Positions 40,102 to 49,500 of a stretch of 64,000 nucleotides of DNA are shown here, one piece after another (the stretch's first letter is position 1; the number at the start of each line of letters is the position of its first letter). The stretch covers positions 124,746,001 through 124,810,000 of the forward strand of contig CM059431.1 of assembly GCA_030390025.1 (NCBI GenBank), read 5' to 3'. The notes under the pieces are model-generated. The model ran no database searches. It was given only the letters and a program-made list of their open reading frames with translations, and was not told where the DNA came from. The translations under genes and the position numbers were made by a program. Source of the stretch: Squalus acanthias (taxonomy: Eukaryota).

Positions 40102-41424
40102 GGGGAAAAATTGGGTTGCTTTCCACCTCCAGTTAGCATCCCCGGGGGGGCGCTAATGGGACGCAAAGCCCCTAGCGCCTGGGCGTGGCGCCGCTAATGC
40201 CTCCCGCTCGCGCTCCGGCTGCAAACTTCGGTTGCGCTCCCGACCTACCGCCGGACGCGATGTCCGACAGGGTCAGGGTGGTGTTTTTGCGTCCGTGGCG
40301 GTGCAATTTAAAGGGTAGGTGCCGGGCAGCCATATTTTTTTGGGCCACCTGCCAGCTCCTGCCCCCTTCTGCTTCTTCAAGCGGGGTGCCGGCTGCGATC
40401 GTTCAGCCCGGCATTCCTCTTGAGTGCCAGGCTGTTTTCGCGGCACCCTGCTCCCCAGTGCTCCAGCAGGGCCCTGGTGCGGCTGCGCTAGCCCCTCCCC
40501 TTTAATCAGGGGAGACAGGCCTGTAATACCGCGGCGCTACATGCCGACATGCGTGACGCTGTTGTGCGTAGCGCCGCGATATTAAATGGTAGCGCCCTAG
40601 AAAGGTGGGGGAGCTAACAGTAGGCAATTTACAAAAGAATGCAGACTATGCAAAAGATCTGGGTGGAGAAATTGGGTACCTTTGCGCCTCCCGTTATTGC
40701 CTCCGGGGGGGCAATAATGGGGCGGCAATCAGTTACCGACTGGGTGCAGTGAGAATATCAACTCCCGCGATATTCGGCGGGAGGTTTGCGGTGGCGGTAT
40801 GGCGTTGCACCCCGACCTCCTTCGCCCAGAGATCGTGACATCATCGCCATGCGCATCATCCCGGTAGCGCCCCGGACCCGAACTGCAATTCCGCCCCCTG
40901 CAGCATCGCCGGGTGAAAGTACCGGCAGCTGCAAGAGATGTTCATCGGGAGGGCGGGCGCTTCGGGGGCGATACTTAAAGGCGAGGTGGCCGAGGTAAGT
41001 AATAAAAAATCTGAAATTATGTTCTGTTTTTTTTTAGTTTTATTCTCCAACGATCGATCAGCCCGGCACTCTGCTGCAGTGCATCGATCGGGCTGATCAG
41101 GCCGGATCACGGCTGCCGTCGGGGGCCAGGTAAGCTGTTTCCTTGCAGAGCCTGCAGCGATGGCCCTTTCCTTTAAGGGAGGGAAGGAGCCTTCCAACGC
41201 GGCAGCACTGCTCGGCCCATTGTGCAGCGCTGCTCAGCTACCGCCCCGCCTGCTGCCTGTTGCGCTCCAGGAACGAAGTGGAGTGCTTGATTTAGCGCTC
41301 CACTTCCTTCCTGGAGCGCAAAACCGAATTTTTTAAAAGTTGAAAGACATTAACGCCTGTCGCTAATTTTTTCAACTTTTAAAAGTTACCGCCCCAAACG
41401 GAGCTACAATGAATTTTTCCCCCC
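40102..41424. mobile_element. GC-rich Harbinger-type MITE(s), probably two adjacent or nested copies
   Basis: GGGGAAAAATT...AATTTTTCCCC ends; second 5'-type end at 40661 resembles the end at 33043. Confidence 0.55.
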
Positions 41425-43039
41425 AAAAGTCTAGTAACAATAAATTTCCAATTAATGTTAAAAGTGTGACAGTTTATTAATTTGTATCTATTTGTATCCA
41501 TATATAAATGCTGTATCCATATATAATCCTTCATAAACAAAGGATTGAAAGATGAAAATAAACTTACCTACTAATACTAGGCATTAACAAGCATCAAAGA
41601 TATTATAGGGCTATGTCCTCAACGGTCCTTTGTTTTAGATCAACATCTTGACTCAATGTATGTAACAGCTGGTGTCGTCAAGGTTATTTTTTATTGAGTG
41701 GAGTTGTTATGGATAGTTAACTGTTTATTTAGTGTAATGTTAATGTGCCAATAAATCAGTTTAATAGTTTTTGTACCCAAACTGTACCCAGAAGGTCAAC
41801 GTCAATTTTGCAATACGTGCACAAGAAAATAATCTGTGAGAAATTATTGCACAAGAAAATGGAACTGCTTTATTTCAAAAGCTATTCGGCAAAACATTCT
41901 CTTGTTTACTGTACCATGAAAACTTAAATCTTAATAGTAATTATTATGGACACGCAAAAGTGCAGGCTCTGTTTTCACAAATGCTGTTCAGATATAAGTG
42001 CCTGGGTTTGTAGTTGTAATATTGTGGTTTCCATCACAAATACACTTCAGTGTGATTGCAACAAAGATTTGAGGATTTCTTTTAGTCTTTGATTGCTGAT
42101 GTAATTCACTATTGCTAAGCCTGCGTATCTTGCATTAACATTAACTAATTAATACACTGCTTCCCAGATTCACAGTCTGATTAATGTTTGCTTTCTTTCT
42201 TCTCCATTTATCAACATGATGTATATAAATGATCAAACCGCATTTTCCCATAATGCTTCGGACAATAACCAATCCTAATACAGGTATTGTGTATAAATAA
42301 TGCAGAAATGCTGAGCCATCCTATTCCCACTGTTGTTCTGCATTGGCTGACAGTTTTATGCTTTTTATCTTCTTGTTTTACTGAACTACGTTAGCTAGAA
42401 GTCAGCAATTAGTAATTGTACTGCTCCAGTACCAGAGCTACATTCAGCAATTAATGACATGGAAAAACAATGACTGGTGCTTAGTTGGGAAGTCTTGCCC
42501 TGATGTTAAACTTGCTGGCTGTGGTTTTATTACAAGTATAACAAAGAATAGTATATTTTGGTAAATGTGTCATAGGTCTGCTTGTTTTAGGAGTCATCTA
42601 CGCACATTGAAAGCACCTCAATAATGCGGTCTTTATTTGGAAAGAGGCAGGCTAGCCTCTCGACAATAACTCTCCTTTCATTTTATCAGCAAAACTATGA
42701 TATAGGGATAGATTTGACAGCTGAAGAGCGTAAATATTGCTTCCACTGATATATTTCATAAAGCATTATCTACTTTCTGGTGATGGCCACATTCTCCCTG
42801 CCAGAGCAGGAAAAGTGACTACAAACTCAATGTGGTGTTAAAGAAAATTGCAGACATTGTAATGTATTTTTAAACTTTACATTAGCCATGTACATTTCTC
42901 TTTTAGTAAATGAATTTTACAAAAATAATTCAGTCGCCATGGATCTTTGTATATTGAAATTTCCTTGGACTATTATGAGTTGTTTTAAGTAAAGTAAAAT
43001 TAGGCAGAAATAAAATGAATGTTGCATGCGACTGGTTGA

Positions 43040-44689
43040 TGTAGAATTCGCAATTATCGCGATTTCATTTTAATAAGGAGAAAACACAAGTTTCGTTCAA
43101 AACAGCTTTTATTTCAGCGGAATGCTGTCAGGTTTAAATTGGACACAAGCAGCCTGTAAAATGGCCGCCGCACCGCGTGACAGAACATTCGAGACTTTTC
43201 GGCAGGCAGACAAGATGGCGTTCCAATAAACATTTTTGCAGGATCGATAACGATTCAGCACAGTGAAGACAATACACAGGACATTATGGGTTTACAGTAT
43301 AAACATCGATACTGGAATCGGTCTCCCAGGTACAAAGGAAAGCCATCAAGGGCCCATCCAAAGGACATTAATATGTAAACTCCCAACGGCTCTACGATGA
43401 GAGAACCGTTAGCAGGTAGTTATACAGGACACTTGGAAGCCCCAAACCCCTCCAGGGGGAACACCGACCGATTTGACAATGGGAGAAATATTAACAGGTA
43501 CTCAAACATTCAGGAGTAGCCCCGAAACCCATTAAGGACAGAGATCACCCATACAGGACATTTTTGGGCGCCAAACCTTAAACAAAAGAATGGACATTGT
43601 AGTTGGGCGGGAAACGGAAGAACTGTGCACTATAATTGCAGGCCCAAACCGTCCATTCGCTCTCTTGACTCTTGCCTCGTGTTCGTGACTCTTGCTCTTT
43701 TGCTCTTGACTCTTGCCGCTTGCTGCTGTTATCATCGTGGCTGCTCCTGTGTTTTATCCGGTCGATTCGTAACCTCGTGGCTGCTCCTGGGTAAAAGACT
43801 GTTGCAAAGACCTATGTTGGTAGCTGGCAGCGGAACCGAAGGCCCGGGATGAGACGAGATGAGATGAGATGAGATGAGAGGAGAAGAGAAGAAGACCTTA
43901 TCCATCGCCACGGTCAGTAAATCCCGACCGCGCCTGTAGGTCGATCAGCCAAGTCTTCTCGACAGGAAGTTTTCTTCTTTAACAAGACATATTGCATCGA
44001 TGATAACTGGACTGTGCAAACACATCGTATCAGCGATATTGACAACGGTGCTCCACCATACCCTGTATCCAACCAACAGAGGTCTTCACTACAGCGGACG
44101 GTCCAGCCGACTGACCGAGCAGCAGAAGCAGTAAACAAGTGGGACCAGGAGATCTCCTGACCAACACGTGGGTGCTGCGGTGAAAAACATCCGATCAGCT
44201 ATTCGGGATTTCTCCGAGTTATTACGAGTGGTGAGCATGAGTCTCGGGATCCTACGAAGCTAGTTTTAGGATAGTTATTGATAGGGGAGGGTTTAAAGTT
44301 TAAGGATATTTGTAATGTGTGCCCTATTTACGTTGTGCTGGTCGTTCCTCGTTTCCCTAAGAGTGATTATAACTGTTTGTAAGATTGTACTGTCATTAAT
44401 CTGTGCATATGACATGTATTTCATAATTTTAAGTATCATGCAATAAAGATTTTCCATTTCGTACCGTTCAAACCAAGTCTACATGAGTTTTATCTCCATT
44501 ACTGCTCTCGCATCTAAGTCCAGTGTCTAGAACCGTAAGGGAGAGTGATTCGAACCACTCACAGGGGTGTCTAGTGTTCCCAGACTGGCTGGAGACCAGG
44601 CCTAGACCCGCACTGACATACAGGCTGCACAGAGCCGCGTGAACCTCACAGGCCACGAGACACGCAGGGTCAGGAGAGTATCCCTTACA
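43040..44689 (+). repeat. 5' LTR of element B
   Basis: TGTA...TACA termini; TATAAT at 43631; AATAAA at 44442. Confidence 0.97.
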
Positions 44690-44693
44690 GAAA

Positions 44694-46505
44694 ATGGCGA
44701 CCGCGGCAGGACACTGGCAGCGAGAGGGTAGTGTGTTAGATTTTGGAATGACTGTACGAAATGTGATGCAGGAAAAGATAGCGGATTACGTATTTGGAAA
44801 GGTTAATCTAACGAAAAAGTGGATAAGCGAACTGTTAGCGGATAAGAGCCCCCTAGAGGCAGCTGAAAGGTGGACGGATAGTAAGGAGCATAAAAAGGCA
44901 GTTGAGAAAGCAGTCTGGCTTATGTGCTACAAAAGGCAGGTTCAGATTTCAAACCAGACCAATACAGCGCTAACCGCTCGAATCAAGCAGTTAGAGGAGG
45001 AAATGGAGGAGAAGGTTTCTGGAGGGGAGGCGCTCATTAAGAGTTTAAATGAGTTACGCCAGGAAAGCCAGGAAGTCTCCAGTTACCTTAAAACAAGGGT
45101 AGAGTATCTCGAGTGCCAGATCACTGAAGCAAAATTAAACGAGAGTAGGATGAAGGAAAGATGTAACCGTCAAGCTGCCCAGATAAGAACTCAAGAAGAG
45201 AGCTTAATGGGGGTTAGGTCGGCGTATAAGTTGGCCCTTGAGGATAAGTTTCAGGGAGCCGACCATAGCGCCTGCGAAAAAGAGATAGAGAGCCTCAAAA
45301 AGGCCGTGAATAATGCGAACGGCATGGTGTGCCTTATTAATCCGTCGGCACGCCAGCCGCTAGTAAATGAGAGATTTAGAAATTCCCCACCAAGTAAAGC
45401 AGAAGAGGTAGTAGCCACTGCGCCCTCCGCGCCACCCAGCTATTCAGAAACCTGGGTTAGGGAGGAAGCAACGGAAGAAACAAAAGAGCCCGTTGAAAAG
45501 GAGGTAGAAAAGGGATCGTTGTATCCAGTAACGGGGATTAAAAGGGGCCCAAGCAGAAACGGTGGGGAAGAACCGGGGGATCTCCTCGGACAGCTGGTGT
45601 TGCCTCACAGTTCACATCAGCTGAGGGCTATGATAAACCACGTAAGGAAGCTGACCGAGATAGACGACCCTTCCGTACATTTTAGGGAAGTTGAGCAAGC
45701 CGCAGCCATCAACGGCTGCGATGATGGGGAGACAGCAAAAATGCTGCTGTTCTCTTTAGATAGCTCGGTCCTTCAGTGTCTCTCAGGCGATAGCAAGAGG
45801 GGTAATAAAAGTTATGAGGAATTGAAAAATGAGGTCCTAGAAGTAGTGGGAGCGAACGACGGAGGTCCGTTTGCTAGAGTGGGACAGACAGTGCAGATGG
45901 AGGGAGAACCCCCGAAGGTTTTTGCCGACAGGCTGTGGCCAGTATATGAGCGCAGCTGTCTAGGTGCGCCCGAGCGCGAAGATGTGGAAGGCGCCGCTTT
46001 AATTCATTGGCTTAGGTGCATAATAGCCAACAGTTTACCAGCCGTTAGAGAGCAGGCAAAAGCCTGGTTCGATCCCAATGACCTCAACCTTACGGAAGAG
46101 TCGGTCTTGAATCGACTCACGTTAGGTTACCGTAACATAAGGGGTATGGCAACACGTCCCTTTAAGGGAAGAGTACATGAGGTACGACCCGCAGCCCCGG
46201 CTCAAAGAGAGTGGCATCAGGAGGGTAATCGCGCCCCACAGGCAAGTAATGCCTGTTACGGGTGTGGGAAGACAGGGCACTGGCGCAAGCACTGCAGGAA
46301 CCCTTGGAAGGATTCCAAGGATAAAAATCCCGCGGTCCGAGCCCAGGCGCCTGTCCCGGCTAAGGAAGCAAAGGCACCCACCTCTCCCGAAGACCTCGAG
46401 GCAGTGTTAGGAGTCATGCGCAAGATGGTTTTGAATGCGCGTGGACAGGTGGCGGTCGCAACCGGCCCCGTAGGTGCCGCAGGACCGTCTAATAGTGCCC
46501 CATGA
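44694..46505 (+). CDS. gag: Gag (603 aa): coiled coil, PSAPPSY late domains, capsid-like region, single CCHC knuckle
   Basis: Position directly after the LTR; CYGCGKTGHWRKHC; open ORF. Confidence 0.95.
   Translation: MATAAGHWQREGSVLDFGMTVRNVMQEKIADYVFGKVNLTKKWISELLADKSPLEAAERWTDSKEHKKAVEKAVWLMCYKRQVQISNQTNTALTARIKQLEEEMEEKVSGGEALIKSLNELRQESQEVSSYLKTRVEYLECQITEAKLNESRMKERCNRQAAQIRTQEESLMGVRSAYKLALEDKFQGADHSACEKEIESLKKAVNNANGMVCLINPSARQPLVNERFRNSPPSKAEEVVATAPSAPPSYSETWVREEATEETKEPVEKEVEKGSLYPVTGIKRGPSRNGGEEPGDLLGQLVLPHSSHQLRAMINHVRKLTEIDDPSVHFREVEQAAAINGCDDGETAKMLLFSLDSSVLQCLSGDSKRGNKSYEELKNEVLEVVGANDGGPFARVGQTVQMEGEPPKVFADRLWPVYERSCLGAPEREDVEGAALIHWLRCIIANSLPAVREQAKAWFDPNDLNLTEESVLNRLTLGYRNIRGMATRPFKGRVHEVRPAAPAQREWHQEGNRAPQASNACYGCGKTGHWRKHCRNPWKDSKDKNPAVRAQAPVPAKEAKAPTSPEDLEAVLGVMRKMVLNARGQVAVATGPVGAAGPSNSAP
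44695..44712 (+). promoter_or_regulatory. Primer binding site, tRNA-Arg(TCG)
   Basis: TGGCGACCGCGGCAGGAC is the 18-nt complement of ...GTCCTGCCGCGGTCG-CCA (vertebrate tRNA-Arg-TCG, recalled from memory). Confidence 0.82.
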
Positions 46506-49500
46506 CTAGAACCAGCACAGCCCGTCTACCTGTGTCCGCTCAGCTATGATGCGTGGAGGCGACCTGTGGTGGAGATGGAGGTAGAGAAACAAAAGGGCAG
46601 TTATTTGTTGGACACGGGAGCTTCTTGCACCATAATCCATACAGATGACCCTTTTGACTCGCCGCTATCTACCAAGGTCCCATTCACGCTAGCAGGGTTC
46701 ACAGGGAAAGAACAGGCTGGCACGTTTTCCCTCCCGCTATCCATTCGTTTAGGGACACTTCGCCTTAAGTGGAAGTGTATACTGATGGCATGGCAAAAGG
46801 GGGGTGGAAGAGGTATTCTCGGGTCCGATCTGCTAGCGGGACACGGGATCCTCGTGGACCTCAGAAATCACTGTCTCTGGGGGGCTAAAGGGGAAAAAGG
46901 CGAGGTAATGGTAATTCAAGGGGAGGAAGAAACAGGGGTCCTGTGTACCGTACAGCCATCCGGAGGCTACGACCTCAGGCTTATGGTCGCAGATGTCCCA
47001 ACGGACATGCAAACGTACGTGACAGATAATATGCACGCGTTTGCAACCCACAAGCACGATTGTGGGAGGGTGGTCGGGTTTGAGGTCAGCGTAGATGGGG
47101 ACCCCATGACCCGACCCCAAAAGCAGTATAACTTCCCCAAAGAAGCAGAACCCGATATGGAGGCAGCAATGTCTTCCTTGGTGCAGCAGGGCGTGTTGAG
47201 GCCGATAGCCACACACGTGAACTCCCCATTATGGCCGGTTAGGAAGCCGGATAATTCGTGGAGAGCCACGGTGGACTACAGAGTCCTTAACAGTAACATC
47301 CCCGCCTGCGCGCCCACAGTAGCAGCAGTTGCTGACCTAATAGGGAGCATCCCAGCGTCCGCGACCACGTTCACGGTGCTGGATATCTCGAACGGTTTTT
47401 GGTCCATCCCGCTGCGGCGAGAGGACCAGTACAAGTTTGCCTTTACGTTTAAAGGGCAACAGTACACGTGGAACTGCTTGCCACAAGGTTTCCACAATAG
47501 CCCCAGTATTTTTCACCAGTGTATGGCAGGAAGTTTAAAGGAGTTTAGTCAGCCCAATCAGATAGTACAGTATGTGGATGATTTGCTCCTATTTACGGAC
47601 TCAAGGGAGGAGCACGGACCACTGCTGGACGAGTTATTGGAGCTGTTAGCGAGAAAGGGTTTTAAAGTAAACCCAAAGAAAGCACGTATCGGTCAGCAGG
47701 AAGTAAAATTCCTGGGACTGACCCTACGCGCTGGGGAAAGAGCCATAGACAAAGCAAGGAGGGAGTCGGTACAAGAATTACCGATTCCCAACAACGTAAG
47801 GGGTGTGAGGTCCTTCTTGGGACTGACCGGTTACTGCAGGGATTTTATCGAGGATTATGCGGCCACAGCGGCGCCGCTCCTCCGACTCCTCCATAAGGGA
47901 GTAGAGTGGCTTTGGGACGAGGGCTGCCAAGCAGCCTTCGAGAAGTTAAAAAGGGATCTGCAGACCGCGCCAGCCTTAGGGGCCATAGATGGGGGGAAGG
48001 AGTTTTTCCTGGAGGTAGCTGCCAGCGGAGACAGCTTAAGCGCCGTGCTGCTCCAAGAGCGTCACGGCAAGCTGAGGCCGGTTGTCTATTCATCCAGGGT
48101 ATTAACGGATGTGGAGAGAAGTTTTTCCAATTGCGAAAGGCACCTTTTAGCCACGCATTGGGCTGTGAAAAGATCAGCGATCTTCACAGGGCTCTCTCCC
48201 ATCACTCTCCTCACACATCACACACCAACTAAGATGCTTCTGGATGGGAGGATTAAAGACGGGACCGTAAGCAGCGCACGCATTGCGCGTTGGACCCTTC
48301 TTCTCTCCCAGTTGGACATCAGAGTAAAAGGTCTTTGCGAGCCCAGGCTTGCGGCCAATTTGGTATACCCCGGTACAGCCCACCGGTGTTCGGTGGAGGG
48401 GGTGTGGGAGGTCAACATAGGTTTACGGGCCGGGATACATCCCACTGGGCGCGAGATTTATGTTGATGGGTCTAGCACAGTATCTGCTGGCGAGCGACTC
48501 ACAGGGTGTGGAGTTTATGACCCTGCGGCAGACCTTGCCCTGGCGATCAAGCTCCCTAGCACCATGAGCGCGCAGCAGGCTGAGCTGTCTGCCGTGGTGT
48601 ACGTGGTAACCCACCCAGACATTTTCCCAACCCCATACACGATTTGCTCGGACAGTATGTTCACCTGCAATTCGTGTACGGAATACCTGGCCATTTGGTC
48701 CCGCCGTGGATACACCTCCGCGGACGGGCGACCTTTAACGGTAAAGCCCTTGCTGGAGAAGATCTTAGCAGCAGCAGTAGGGGAGGAAGGGGAGATTTTC
48801 ATCCATAAAGTGAAAGCTCACTCCTCCACAGAGCCCCGTGGGGAGGGCAACCGGCAGGCGGATGCGCTAGCCAGGGAGGGTGCCCGCGACGGTACTTTCT
48901 GGAACCCCTATAGAACCGGACCCATAGCAGCGGTCCGAGGTGGGGACGGGAATACCGGGAACACCAGGGTAGCATTGCCCCTAGACCTTAAGACCGTCCA
49001 AGCCCAGGATCCCGCCCTAAAAGCAGTCCTAAAAACGATTGCTGAGGGGAGGCAGGTAGAAGGTCCGTACAGTACGGCAACCCTCTCAGTTAAGGAAGGC
49101 ATGCTGTTCCGCGAGGAGCAGTGGGTTGTGCCGCAGCAGCACAGGAGGGAATTCCTCCAGTTGGCTCACGAGGGACCAGGGGCAGGGCACCCCGGGCCCG
49201 AGGTTACCTGGCAACGGGTAGAGCAAGCGGGATGGTGGCCAGGGCTCAGGGAACAAGTCCGCGAGTTCTGTGCAAACTGTCTTGTGTGCGCTGCAAACAA
49301 CCCAGACCCCCAGAAAAGGAAGGTGCCCATGGGACACGTAAGAAGGGTAGAGGGACCATGGCAGTCGATACAGATCGACTATATAGGACCCCTGCCCACC
49401 ACCCAGGGAGGTTATAAGTACTGCCTCGTCCTGGTGGATGTGTTTTCCAAGTGGGTGGAAGCCTTCCCTTGTCGAACAGCTACGGCACTGGGTACAGCAA

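Noticed and set aside
41560..43035. Unique-looking AT-rich stretch with a minus-strand GTAAGT at ~41565
   Set aside because: Stops in all frames next to the donor; cannot support an exon without RNA data
43532..44656. Short ORFs inside the LTRs (also duplicated at 54562-55686 and in A-type LTRs)
   Set aside because: Recur only because the LTRs are repeats; frames are not conserved between LTR subfamilies
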